A stretch of 64,000 bases of DNA from an uncultured bacterium (GTDB taxonomy: Bacteria; Eisenbacteria; RBG-16-71-46; CAIMUX01; WJJG01). Within the stretch, counting starts at the first letter, position 1. Each line of letters starts with the position of its first letter. Positions 18,664 to 28,427 of the stretch are shown here, piece by piece. The position numbers and the translations under genes were made by a program. Under the pieces are notes generated by a model, which was not told the origin of the DNA, did not search any database, and saw only the letters and a list, made by a program, of their open reading frames with translations. The stretch covers positions 83,126-147,125 of the forward strand of contig CAYZWI010000003.1 of NCBI GenBank assembly GCA_964482205.1. Reading direction: 5' to 3'.

Positions 18664-20082
18664 TCACAGCCGTACTCGCCTCACGACGAGACAGTGGACG
18701 AGAGAATCGTGCAGCGCCTGGCCCTTGTCAGTCATCGCCGCCATCAGATACCCGCCCCCTAGAAGAACCAGCGACAGCAGCTTCAGGAGGTTGCGCATGA
18801 AAGCGCGTCGGAAGTCGACACGTCTGCCAAGTTCGTCTGTAACATGGATATTCATGATGCGCTTGCCGGGTGTGCCCTGCCATGTGGAAATCTCAAAGAG
18901 CGCGTAGTACATCGTCAATGCCAGATACGAGCCAAGTCCAATAAGAACCAATGGTGGGACTCTTAGTCGCCAGAAAAGCAGCGCAGCCAGGAAGAAGACC
19001 GGCACAAGGATCACGCCGTCCAACAAGAGCGCGGAGCCTCTCAGCCAGAACCCGGCATGGGAGAGGGGCAACTCCCCCGGGACCGCGTTCGCCCCAAGGT
19101 CTCCGACAACCTGGGATCCGCGGAGAGCCGGAGGGTTGCCTTGCCCTTCCGGGCAGGGAAGCGGGAACAAGTTGCCGCGGTGCCTGTCTTTGTCCTCCTG
19201 CCAGGCCGCGATGGGAGGTGGCGGAGCTGCCGTGTGCCAACTCGTGGCGCGTTCCAGCGCATGCCGGAAAGCCCGGATCGAAGGGAAGCGATGCTCCGGC
19301 CGTTTGGCCATGGCCTTCCACACAAGAGACTCCAATCCGGGATCGATGTTCGAAAGCAGACCCGACAGTCGCGGAGGTGCTTCCTCCATGATCTTGCGCA
19401 TGAGCAGATCATCTGTATCCGCTTCGAAAGGTCTTACCCCCGTGATCATCTCGTACATCATCACTCCAAGTGCATAGATGTCCGAGCGAGCGTCGACTTC
19501 CCGGGGATTTTGAAGTTGCTCGGGCGACATGTACGCCAAGGTACCAGGTTTCATCGCCGTCGCCGCCTTCAGCTCCTCGGAGCCAAGGACCCTTGCGACT
19601 GCAAAGTCGGTCACCTTGGCCACTAGACCGGCATCCGATCTGGTGACGAGGATATTGCTGGGTTTCAGATCCCGGTGGACGAGCTCCAATCCGTGGGCCT
19701 TTTCGAGCGCGGAGAGCACCTGGAAGGTGATGGCCATGACCTGACCAAGGGGCAGGCCGCCTCCCTGGCGGACGATCAGCTGATCCACCGGCAGGCCGTC
19801 CACATATTCCATGACGATGCCTATCGCCTGCTCATCTTCGACGAAATCGAGGACCTTCACGACATGCGGATGGACCAATTGCGCTTGAATGCGGGCCTCG
19901 GCCCGAAAGCGATCAAGCACCGCGGCGTCCTGACGGAAATGGGAATGCAGACACTTGATGGCCACCATCCTGCCGCCGTCGGGGTCCTGAGCACGGTACA
20001 CAGTGCCCATCCCGCCCTTTCCCAGAACGCCGAGGACTTGGTAGCGCCCAATTCGATCCGGGTCTGTATGCATTCCGCTCAT
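18664..20082 (-). CDS. Ser/Thr protein kinase with C-terminal RDD-family membrane domain
   Basis: Hanks kinase motifs are present (GKGGMGTVY, VAIK, HRDLKPSNIL, DFAVA, MSPEQ). The C-terminal 150 aa form an RDD-like polytopic membrane domain. The start MSGMHTDPDRIGRYQV overlaps the upstream kinase stop as TGATG. Confidence 0.8.
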   Translation of the reverse strand: MSGMHTDPDRIGRYQVLGVLGKGGMGTVYRAQDPDGGRMVAIKCLHSHFRQDAAVLDRFRAEARIQAQLVHPHVVKVLDFVEDEQAIGIVMEYVDGLPVDQLIVRQGGGLPLGQVMAITFQVLSALEKAHGLELVHRDLKPSNILVTRSDAGLVAKVTDFAVARVLGSEELKAATAMKPGTLAYMSPEQLQNPREVDARSDIYALGVMMYEMITGVRPFEADTDDLLMRKIMEEAPPRLSGLLSNIDPGLESLVWKAMAKRPEHRFPSIRAFRHALERATSWHTAAPPPPIAAWQEDKDRHRGNLFPLPCPEGQGNPPALRGSQVVGDLGANAVPGELPLSHAGFWLRGSALLLDGVILVPVFFLAALLFWRLRVPPLVLIGLGSYLALTMYYALFEISTWQGTPGKRIMNIHVTDELGRRVDFRRAFMRNLLKLLSLVLLGGGYLMAAMTDKGQALHDSLVHCLVVRRVRL

Positions 20083-21761
20083 CAGGGGTCCCTGACCACA
20101 TCGCTTTCGGTTTCGGAAACGATTTTCCATCCCGCCGAAAACCGGCGGAACCAAAGCTGTTGTTTTTCGCTCGCACGGTATCGCTTGCCGTTTGCCTGCA
20201 AGATGTCCCAGGATTTGGCGAAGGTGACGAGGGCATGGTCCGCCCCCAGAAAGTCGATGGAGACCTCGCGCACATCGTACCGAAGAACCTCTTCGAAGCG
20301 CGCAAGGGCTTTCCGCTTGTCGTCGCGGATACGGGCATTGGAGGCGTTCGTCCACCCGAAGTACCGTTCCACCTGGTCCGCATAGCACCCCATATGGGTC
20401 TCGAGGTCCCGGTTCACGAGGGAGCGCCGCCAAGTTTCGACCACTCCCAGAATCGCCTGACGGTCCTGCTCATGGGACGACGAAACAGGGTTCTCGGTCG
20501 CCACCTGCCGGACCGGCGTAGAGGAGGCGGATTGCGTGCTAGCCCGTGGAACATCCTGGATGATTGCACGTTGGCTGGCCCCTCCGTCGGAGCCTCGGAT
20601 GACAAGCACAACCATGATGACAACGATGAGTAGACCCAGGCCCAGGAGCCACACGGGAAACGGCCGGGAAGCGGAGGGACGGGAACTCCCCTCCAAAGTG
20701 GAATGATTCGTCCAGCGCTGGAGCCTCCCCTCGACGGCAGGTGCTTCGGCATCGATCGCCGCTGACCGTGACCGGCTCTCAAGCGGGAATCCGGTCCCTT
20801 CTCTCGCCCCAGCGCTCGACCGGCTGGACTGAGCCAGACCGGGAGGAGGCTGCGTCCCCGCACTCACGGAGCGCACACCCCTCGGCTCCACTTTTCCTTC
20901 GGGCGCAGCGCGATCCGTGCCTACGACCGCACCCACCGCAAGCGCCTTCAGGGCCTGCAAAAACTCCTCCGCGCTCTGGAAACGCGCGTCCGGGTTCTTC
21001 GCCATCGCCTTCAGAATGACCGCCTCAAAACCCGGGAAGATTCCCCGATAGAATCTGCTGGGCGCAGGCGCTTCCTCCGAGATGATCGCTTGCATGATTG
21101 AGAAATCCGTATCCGCATCGAAGGGAACTCTGCCCGTGGCCATCTGATAGAGAGTGACTCCCAACGAATAGATGTCGGACCTGCGGTCCACGTCTCGAGC
21201 TGCGCGAATCTGTTCGGGAGGCATGTACCAGAGCGTTCCCATCTTGGCTCCTGTCGCCGTTCGCCCCTTGCCTCCTTCCAGGATCTTGGCCACTCCGAAG
21301 TCCATTACTCGAGCCAGCGTTTCTCCCTTTACCACACTCAGCATGATGTTCGACGGCTTCAGGTCCCGATGGACCACCCCCTGGTCGTGGGCGTATCCCA
21401 CGGCCCGGAGAACCTGATCCATGATTGCCATACACCGCTCGAAGGGAATCGGGCCCGTTTCCTCGGCGATCACCTTGTCCAACGGTCGACCGTCGACATA
21501 TTCCAGCATCAAGCAGAGGAGTTCCCCCTCCTCGATGAAGTCATAGACATGGACGATGTTGGGATGGCTCAGTCGCGCCTGGATCTGCGCTTCCGCACGA
21601 AACCGTTCCCGCACCTGACAATCCCGGGCGAAGAAGGAATGGAGGACTTTCACAGCAACCGGCCGATCGAAACGCAAATCGGTCCCCCGGAAAACGGTCC
21701 CCATGCCGCCGTCGCCAAGGAACGCATCGATCCGATACGGCCCGATCTGCTCTCCGATCAT
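20082..21761 (-). CDS. Receptor-type Ser/Thr protein kinase with extracytoplasmic NTF2/SnoaL-like domain
   Basis: The N-terminal kinase domain has GDGGMGTVF, VAVK, HRDLKPSNIM, DFGVA. A single TM helix (WLLGLGLLIVVIMVVLVI) follows. The C-terminal domain (ILGVVETWRRSLVNRDLETHMGCYADQ...WFRRFSAGWKIVSE) is NTF2-like. Confidence 0.8.
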   Translation of the reverse strand: MIGEQIGPYRIDAFLGDGGMGTVFRGTDLRFDRPVAVKVLHSFFARDCQVRERFRAEAQIQARLSHPNIVHVYDFIEEGELLCLMLEYVDGRPLDKVIAEETGPIPFERCMAIMDQVLRAVGYAHDQGVVHRDLKPSNIMLSVVKGETLARVMDFGVAKILEGGKGRTATGAKMGTLWYMPPEQIRAARDVDRRSDIYSLGVTLYQMATGRVPFDADTDFSIMQAIISEEAPAPSRFYRGIFPGFEAVILKAMAKNPDARFQSAEEFLQALKALAVGAVVGTDRAAPEGKVEPRGVRSVSAGTQPPPGLAQSSRSSAGAREGTGFPLESRSRSAAIDAEAPAVEGRLQRWTNHSTLEGSSRPSASRPFPVWLLGLGLLIVVIMVVLVIRGSDGGASQRAIIQDVPRASTQSASSTPVRQVATENPVSSSHEQDRQAILGVVETWRRSLVNRDLETHMGCYADQVERYFGWTNASNARIRDDKRKALARFEEVLRYDVREVSIDFLGADHALVTFAKSWDILQANGKRYRASEKQQLWFRRFSAGWKIVSETESDVVRDP

Positions 21762-21800
21762 CTGCTGGCTCTCTCCATCTCCCGGGTCACTCGTGGATCC

Positions 21801-22898
21801 CTATCTGTAGCGGCGCACTTCGAGAATTCTGCGATTGCCGATCAAGCTGGTGCTCCCCACGCCCACGCCCTCTTCCGGCGATGCGCGGAGAAAGGTCGTG
21901 CCACCGTCCAAGAGAATGACCGGCTGGGATCGCCCGGGATCGAGAGTCGAAAGAAAGGCGATATCTCCTACCTTCGCGGAATCGACTGACACGACATTGC
22001 CCCAATCGGCTAGCGCTTCGAGCGTCCGCGGCGCCCTGATTCCCGCCAGGCGAAAGAAAAGATGAACCAGCCCTTCGGCATCCATCGCCGCCATGCTGTT
22101 CGCCCCGGTCTGGTACCGCGTCCTACGGAACTTGCGAACCGCTTCGATGGCGTCAGGTATGGGCAATGGTTCTGATAGCGGCGCCACGTTCGCTCGATCG
22201 ACGCGCACACTTGGACCGCCCGGAACCGCCAACGTCACCGAGGAATCCGCGGCACTCTGCCCCCGAGGCCGGCCTACCCCGGTCGCCCGCAGGCGGGCCC
22301 CGCACGGCAGAAAGATCCCTTGATCGCACGGCACGCCGGGAGCGGCGACGACGGTGAACGAATCCCCGGAATCCTCCATCCCATGATCGCTCTGCTCCGG
22401 CGCCAGTGCGGTGACCGGCACCCAACCCGTCGGGTCACCTCGTTCCCCAAAGCGCACTTCCCTCCAGGCCCCTTGGCTGGCAAGCACCTCCACCCGGTCC
22501 CCGACCAAGAGCTGGGCCAGACGTGAGGAGGACTCCGACGGGCTCTCGAACACGTCACTCCAGGGTCGCTGCCTGTCCTGCAACCGCAGCACGGCCTTTC
22601 CCCGCCAGGGCGCGTCCGTCGCACGTTGGGCCGCGTCAGCGGATTGTGCCGGCCCGGTTCCGCCCGTATGCCCGGAGGAGTCGCCCGCCGATCGAGGCGG
22701 GGCACCTGTCGCGCGGCTTGCGTTGGAATCGAGACCGAGCGATTCGAGGCCCGGCCCCACAAGAAACCGCCCGATCCCCGTGCCGACCGCGAAGACCAGA
22801 ACCAGGGAGACGAAGGCTCCCAAGGCCGGGCGCCGCCCCCGGGTCTTCCCGAGACGTCTGTTGCGCTGCCCATGCCGCTTCATTGGGAGTAGATCCAC
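21801..22898 (-). CDS. NlpC/P60-like pseudo-peptidase with SH3b-like domain (catalytic Cys and His replaced)
   Basis: N-terminal TM/signal anchor. An SH3b-like segment (GDRVEVLASQGAWREVRFGERGDPTGWVP) precedes a C-terminal NlpC/P60 fold. In place of the FDCSGLV catalytic motif it reads MDAEGLV. In place of the His motif it reads SQPVILLDGG. Confidence 0.6.
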   Translation of the reverse strand: MDLLPMKRHGQRNRRLGKTRGRRPALGAFVSLVLVFAVGTGIGRFLVGPGLESLGLDSNASRATGAPPRSAGDSSGHTGGTGPAQSADAAQRATDAPWRGKAVLRLQDRQRPWSDVFESPSESSSRLAQLLVGDRVEVLASQGAWREVRFGERGDPTGWVPVTALAPEQSDHGMEDSGDSFTVVAAPGVPCDQGIFLPCGARLRATGVGRPRGQSAADSSVTLAVPGGPSVRVDRANVAPLSEPLPIPDAIEAVRKFRRTRYQTGANSMAAMDAEGLVHLFFRLAGIRAPRTLEALADWGNVVSVDSAKVGDIAFLSTLDPGRSQPVILLDGGTTFLRASPEEGVGVGSTSLIGNRRILEVRRYR

Positions 22899-25129
22899 TG
22901 GTAGTTCTTATAGTCTCCGAGCACTCGCTTGATGTAGTTCCTGGTCGCCTGAAATGGGATGTTCTCGATGAATTCGTCCACAGGCTGATCGGCCGGCTTG
23001 GCGTTCCACCACTTTTCAACCTGCTCGGGTCCGGCGTTGTAACTGCAGATAGCGGGGAACCAGTCGCCTCCAAACCGCTGGACCATCTTGGCCAGATAGT
23101 ACGTTCCGTACCGAATGTTCGTCTGGGGATTGACCAGGTCGGCTTTCCCCGGCACCGGAAGGCCCCTTTCCTTCGCAATCTGCTCGGCCGTTCCGGGCAT
23201 GAGCTGCATCAGGCCAATCGCACCCACACCGGACGTGACCACAGGGGAAAACTTGCTCTCGTTGCGAATCAACGCCGCCGTCAGGTGAGCGTCGATTCCG
23301 TTCTTGAGAATGCCCGTTTCCTCGATGGCTTGCCTGATCTCCTCCTTGTAGTTGTACGGATAGAGGATTTGCCAGAACTCGATAGGAACCAAGTCGCCGT
23401 TCCTGGATCCGGACAGCACGAAGTCCCGATAGCTGTCGACCAGCATGTCGATCGCTTCCCAACTCTGACCTGCTCGACTGTATAAGTAGGCCAAGGAGAG
23501 CCTCAGCTTCGGATCGGTCGCCGCGGAAGGAACGGAGGCCAGTTCCGCCGCGGCGAATTCGTACAGTCCGATCGCGCGCAGATTGACCGCCCGGGCATAC
23601 CCTCCCTCTCCAGGGGGGCCGGCCGCGGCATCCGTGAGCTTGTCGAAGGCGGGAAAGGGCTTGAGGTTTCCGAACTGTCTCGGTTGTTGGCCCAGAGCCA
23701 GCAGGTTCTCGACGGCCCGATGTCCGTAGTAGTCCTGGGGGTACTCGCGGACGAGCTGCTGGTACAGCTCGATCGCCCCCGCCCGATCGGAATCCGCGGT
23801 GAAGCGAGCAATCCAGTAGAGAGCCGCTTTCTTATAGCCGGTGTCTGAATGTTCAGCCAACAAGCGGCGCATGGTGGCCACCGCCGCTGCCGTGTTGCCT
23901 TGATTCCTCTGGAACCAGGCCAGCTTCCAGAGCGCGTCATGGGCCACGTCGCTCTCTCCCGCCATTCCGACCACCTGCTCGAGCACCGGCAGCGCCTGTT
24001 CGATGCTCACGTCGTTTCCCAGATGCACGCCGTAGGCGTACATCGCATCCGCGGCGCTGGAACTTCCCGGATATTGCCCCTTCAGGAATTCCGCCCATTG
24101 GCGGATGGCATCGGTGTTGCCCGAGGTCCGGCGGAGCGCCGCGATAGCCGAGAGCACGGCCGATGGAACGCAATTCGACGAGGGATACCGCGATCGCAAG
24201 TCCCGGACGGTCTGCACGCAAGCATCGTTTTCTCGAAGATCGTAGAGGCACTGCGCGCGCGTCAGAAGAACTTCGTCGGTTCGCGGGTCGCCCGGATGGG
24301 AGCCCAGGAAGGTCTCGATCTCTTGCTTCATGGCGCTCTTCAGACCTGCGGCCCCCAGGCTTGATATGAACTCAAACCGCCGCGCGGAAGACATTGTGCG
24401 AGGCGCGAGCCCCGCCGAGCGTTCGAGGTCGCGGGCGCGATCTCTGGCCTGCACGGCCCAGGGGCTGCGCGGAGTGTCGAACCATGTCGTTTCGTAAAGG
24501 CGGTGGGCTTCAGCCGCGTTCCCCGCCTGGCGCTCCGCCTCGGCGGTCAGCCAACGAGCCTCGTGGATTTCCCGGGCCTTCGGCCAGCGAGTGAGAAAGG
24601 TCAACCCGGCGGACGCCGCCTGGGGCCATCGCTGTTGGGCGCTTGCCAACTTGAGAAGCAGGAATTGCGCTTCCCTCTCCAGGACCGGGCTTCCGCCCGG
24701 TCCCGTTGCGCTCAAGATCTCCTGCAGGCGATCGAAGGCCAGGGTGTACTGGTCCTGCAGCCCACCTTCGATCACTGCGCGGGCGACGAGCACTTTTCCG
24801 TACTCGGGCCCCACCGTGCCCGCTGAAGCGCGCTCCAGATAAGGGAGAGCTTCCGAATAGCGGCGCATGCCGATCAACATGTTGCCCAGCACGAGAGCCG
24901 CACGGTCACCGACCGCGTCCTTTTCGTACGTCTCCACGACCCCCTGCAGCAGGTCGACGGCCTGAGATGTCTCCCCTCGGCTGAAGACATCCAAGGCCGT
25001 GTCGATGTCGGTTGGGCTGGACTTGCCCCTCGAGGCTTTCTCCTCCTCTTGGCAGGATGTCCCGGCAAGGATCAAGCAGACGGACAGGAAGATCAGCGTA
25101 GGCAGCGAACGCACGCCACGAGCGGACAT
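22880..25129 (-). CDS. Soluble lytic murein transglycosylase (Slt70-like)
   Basis: Signal peptide MSARGVRSLPTLIFLSVCLILAGTSC. A long alpha-superhelical N-terminal region precedes a C-terminal SLT domain (IRNESKFSPVVTSGVGAIGLMQLMPGTA, SYNAGP). The listed ORF is extended to 25195. I start the gene at the Met of MSARG. Confidence 0.8.
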   Translation of the reverse strand: MSARGVRSLPTLIFLSVCLILAGTSCQEEEKASRGKSSPTDIDTALDVFSRGETSQAVDLLQGVVETYEKDAVGDRAALVLGNMLIGMRRYSEALPYLERASAGTVGPEYGKVLVARAVIEGGLQDQYTLAFDRLQEILSATGPGGSPVLEREAQFLLLKLASAQQRWPQAASAGLTFLTRWPKAREIHEARWLTAEAERQAGNAAEAHRLYETTWFDTPRSPWAVQARDRARDLERSAGLAPRTMSSARRFEFISSLGAAGLKSAMKQEIETFLGSHPGDPRTDEVLLTRAQCLYDLRENDACVQTVRDLRSRYPSSNCVPSAVLSAIAALRRTSGNTDAIRQWAEFLKGQYPGSSSAADAMYAYGVHLGNDVSIEQALPVLEQVVGMAGESDVAHDALWKLAWFQRNQGNTAAAVATMRRLLAEHSDTGYKKAALYWIARFTADSDRAGAIELYQQLVREYPQDYYGHRAVENLLALGQQPRQFGNLKPFPAFDKLTDAAAGPPGEGGYARAVNLRAIGLYEFAAAELASVPSAATDPKLRLSLAYLYSRAGQSWEAIDMLVDSYRDFVLSGSRNGDLVPIEFWQILYPYNYKEEIRQAIEETGILKNGIDAHLTAALIRNESKFSPVVTSGVGAIGLMQLMPGTAEQIAKERGLPVPGKADLVNPQTNIRYGTYYLAKMVQRFGGDWFPAICSYNAGPEQVEKWWNAKPADQPVDEFIENIPFQATRNYIKRVLGDYKNYQWIYSQ

Positions 25130-25157
25130 AGCTCTTTCCTCCTTGCTTGCAGGACTG

Positions 25158-26561
25158 TCAGGGAAAGGAGACGGAGATCGTCTTCCCGGGTTCAATGCTC
25201 ACTTTCTTCTCTTGCTGGTGATGGCCCCACCAAACCTTGACCGTGTGTCCCGTGGCCGACAAGTTGAGAAATTCATGTTTCGTGGAGTTCTTCCCGCTGG
25301 AATAGAAATCGTCCACATAGGCACGACCGGCCGGTTGCATGTTCACAATCAGGGTTCCGGTGGTCGGCACCTGGCCTCCGCCTGTGTCTTCGATCGGGTC
25401 AGGGTCGTGTCCATTCGGGATCACCAAAATCGCCACGACTGCCGCCGCGATCAAGAGCACGATCGGAACCAGGTAGCGAAGTGGCGATTGGCCCTTTCTC
25501 GGCGCGAGGCCCTGCACCTTCTGCGCTGGTGCGTCTGGTGGCCTTGGCCGGAGGTCGTTTCCCGCTCCCTCGCCCGGCGCTCCCCGCCCACCTTCCGGAG
25601 TCGGGGCCGCCACCTGCCCGGTGGCAACCGAAACGCCTGGTGGGACCGCCATGCCTGGACCCGCCTGTTCCTTTGAAGCCGCGGCGGCGCTCCCCGGCGT
25701 CTCGGCCGGCGCCTCGGGCACCAGTGGCGGAAGTGTCCCCGCGTCCAGAAGCGCCTCGAGAAACTCCTCGCAGTTTGAAAAACGCTTGTCGGGGTCCTTG
25801 GCCATGGCGCGCAGAATCACCTGCTCGAACTTCTTGGAGATATGGGGATATCGCTCACTGGGCAACGGCGGATCCTGCGTAATGACCTTGGTCATCACCT
25901 CGTATTCGCTGTCGCCCTGGAATGGCAGGACGCCCGTCGCCATTTCATAGAGCGTGCAACCGAGCGAGTAGATGTCGGACCGCGCATCGACATCCTTCGG
26001 CGAGCGGATCTGCTCCGGGGAGCTGTAGAAGAAGGTCCCCAGCTTCGCGTCCGGATTCGTTCGCCTCTTTTCATCGCCGAGGATCTTTGCGATCCCGAAG
26101 TCCATGATCTTCGCATGCACGCGCTTGCCGAACCATTGAATCATGATGTTGGAGGGTTTGATGTCCCGGTGGATCAATCCCTTGGCGTGGGCGAAGCCGA
26201 GTGCGTTCAGGACCTGGGACATGATCTCGCAGCACATCGGGTAGGGCATCGGGCCGGTCACTTCGGCCAGAACCTCCGTCAGGCTCTTGCCGTCGACGTA
26301 CTCCATGACAATGGCGGCCACGTGCTCGTCAAGAAGGAAGTCGTGAACGGTGACGATGTTGGGATGCTGCAGGCGAGCCTGGATGACCGCCTCGCTCTTG
26401 AACCGCTCCAAGGTCGCCGGATCGCGCGCGAGGTGCTCATGAATGACTTTGATCGCGACCGGAGAGTCGAAGCGCGGGTCCCGTCCCTTGTAGACGGTTC
26501 CCATGCCTCCGTCACCGATCACGCCGGTAATCTCGTAGCGCCCGATCGACTCCATCTCCAC
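25158..26561 (-). CDS. Receptor-type Ser/Thr protein kinase with extracytoplasmic PEGA domain
   Basis: Kinase motifs GDGGMGTVYKG, VAIK, HRDIKPSNIM, DFGIA. A Pro-rich linker and a TM helix (YLVPIVLLIAAAVVAILVI) follow. The C-terminal PEGA-like beta domain is GTLIVNMQPAGRAYVDDFYSSG...HTVKV. Confidence 0.8.
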   Translation of the reverse strand: MEMESIGRYEITGVIGDGGMGTVYKGRDPRFDSPVAIKVIHEHLARDPATLERFKSEAVIQARLQHPNIVTVHDFLLDEHVAAIVMEYVDGKSLTEVLAEVTGPMPYPMCCEIMSQVLNALGFAHAKGLIHRDIKPSNIMIQWFGKRVHAKIMDFGIAKILGDEKRRTNPDAKLGTFFYSSPEQIRSPKDVDARSDIYSLGCTLYEMATGVLPFQGDSEYEVMTKVITQDPPLPSERYPHISKKFEQVILRAMAKDPDKRFSNCEEFLEALLDAGTLPPLVPEAPAETPGSAAAASKEQAGPGMAVPPGVSVATGQVAAPTPEGGRGAPGEGAGNDLRPRPPDAPAQKVQGLAPRKGQSPLRYLVPIVLLIAAAVVAILVIPNGHDPDPIEDTGGGQVPTTGTLIVNMQPAGRAYVDDFYSSGKNSTKHEFLNLSATGHTVKVWWGHHQQEKKVSIEPGKTISVSFP

Positions 26562-26591
26562 TCCGCAATTGACGTCCGCCTCGCCAGCCCT

Positions 26592-28427
26592 CTACTTGCC
26601 GCGCCTCGTCCGCGGGGCCGGCTTGGTCTGCCCGGTCGGCCGGGTCTGCCCAGCCGACCCGGTCTTCCTGATGTCCGCGGTGGCTGGTTTGCCCGCATCC
26701 GTTCTCTGGCCCGCTCGCAAGGCGGCGGGCTGCGCCTGAGCAGCCGCCGTCGGCTGAGCCGCCGGCTCTACCGCGCCTTGCTGCTGAACACGATCCGCTG
26801 GAGCCGATCGCGCACGAGGAGTGTTCGCGTCAACATCCGAATCGTCCGAGGCTCTCCGTGACAACCCTTGGATATCGTCAGGCAGGTGCTGCCGGAGCGT
26901 GTCGCTCTTTGCCCGTGCGATCCACTCGACTGGCTCGAGTCTCATCGAAGAGGCCACGGTCCGCGCCCAGACTCCGAACACCACCAAGCCGGTGCCGCTG
27001 GAGGCAATGGCTGCAATCCTCCCGTCCGGCAAGAGATCGACATGCACCGAGGCGCCCGTCGTCGGGAGAACATTCCCATCAAGACGAAGGGGCTCGGGCG
27101 CCTGGTCCATTGTGAGCTCGGATCCTAAAGACCGGACTCGGAGCAGAAGGTAGTGCGTTCCCGGTCCGAGAGCGCCTTGCGGCAAACCCGATGCCGACGA
27201 GGATGGATCGACATGCAATTGGCCGCACTGAGAAAGAAGACTGATCAGGTCCCCCTTCTCTTCTCCGACGTACCGGCGCATACGCAGAAGACACGCGCTG
27301 GCGGTGTCGGACGGATCGGGCAGGTAGAAACCACAGAGCGCCACCAGATCGGTTTGGGGAGAAGCCGGAGCGAACCGAATGCTCATGTACGGAGCTCCCG
27401 CCGCCTGGTCCTGCAGAATCAGCCGGAGCTCGCCGCCGAAGTCATCTCCCGTGTCGGCCGGCCCTCGAATCACGTCATTCAGCGTCTGGAATGCGCCAGT
27501 CGACCAGGCCGCTGAGGGAGGCCTGTGGGCCGAATACAGGTAGTACGCCGAGCCCACGATGATACCCAGCAAGAGAGCCGCCGCAGCGGGAATCCAGTGC
27601 CACGTGAGTTTCCGGCGCCCGGCGGGTCCGAAATCCGGAACCGGCGCTTGGCTGCGCATGCGCGACCACGTGCCTCGCGGTCGTCCGCGATGGATTATCT
27701 GCACGGTGGCGTTGTCGTGACCACCGCGCTGATTCGCCAAGTCAACGAGGCGCTTGCATGCTCTCTGGGGTCCGTATTGCCGGCTCATCCAGGCCATTTC
27801 CTTGGGTGAGACGGCGTCATACAGCCCGTCCGTGCACATGATGAGGCTGTCGCCTTCCTCCAATCGGATTGGCATCGTGCAGATGTCTGGATCGATGTCG
27901 GAGGCCGGTCCGATCACGCGCTCGAGGACGTGTCGCTTGGGATGCTCACGCGCCTGTTCCACCGTGATCAGGCCGTCGTCGATCATTCTTTGCACGAGGG
28001 TATGATCCCGGGTGACTTGGGTGGCTTCGTCTTCGTGCAAATGGTAGATGCGGCCGTCTCCGATGTGACCCCACCAGGCACGATTCTCCTCCACCACGAC
28101 CACATCGAGGGTGGCGCCCATGTTGGCGAGCTCCGGCCTTTCTTCCTTGACGCTCTGGCAGGCAAAATTCGCTTCCCGCATGGCCCGGGCAATCAGCCTG
28201 CGGGGAGTCTGCCCCAAGCCTTTCTGGAACACCGCGTGCACCGCCTGCACGACAGTGCGGCTCGCTTCTCGCCCGCCCGACGCCCCACCCATTCCATCGG
28301 CGACCACGAACAGTCGCTGGGAGCCGATTTGGCAATAGAGATGGTAGTCCTCATTCGTCTCTCGAACTCTGCCGACATCACTGTGGTTGCTGACAAGCAG
28401 CGGGATCTGGCGCCGGAACAGGCTCAT
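26592..28427 (-). CDS. PP2C-family Ser/Thr protein phosphatase, membrane-anchored with extracytoplasmic C-terminal domain
   Basis: PP2C motifs are present (SDVGRVRETNEDY, FVVADGMGG, MCTDGL, GGHDNATV). A TM helix (WIPAAAALLLGIIVGSAYYLY) is followed by a periplasmic region of about 300 aa. Confidence 0.85.
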   Translation of the reverse strand: MSLFRRQIPLLVSNHSDVGRVRETNEDYHLYCQIGSQRLFVVADGMGGASGGREASRTVVQAVHAVFQKGLGQTPRRLIARAMREANFACQSVKEERPELANMGATLDVVVVEENRAWWGHIGDGRIYHLHEDEATQVTRDHTLVQRMIDDGLITVEQAREHPKRHVLERVIGPASDIDPDICTMPIRLEEGDSLIMCTDGLYDAVSPKEMAWMSRQYGPQRACKRLVDLANQRGGHDNATVQIIHRGRPRGTWSRMRSQAPVPDFGPAGRRKLTWHWIPAAAALLLGIIVGSAYYLYSAHRPPSAAWSTGAFQTLNDVIRGPADTGDDFGGELRLILQDQAAGAPYMSIRFAPASPQTDLVALCGFYLPDPSDTASACLLRMRRYVGEEKGDLISLLSQCGQLHVDPSSSASGLPQGALGPGTHYLLLRVRSLGSELTMDQAPEPLRLDGNVLPTTGASVHVDLLPDGRIAAIASSGTGLVVFGVWARTVASSMRLEPVEWIARAKSDTLRQHLPDDIQGLSRRASDDSDVDANTPRARSAPADRVQQQGAVEPAAQPTAAAQAQPAALRAGQRTDAGKPATADIRKTGSAGQTRPTGQTKPAPRTRRGK

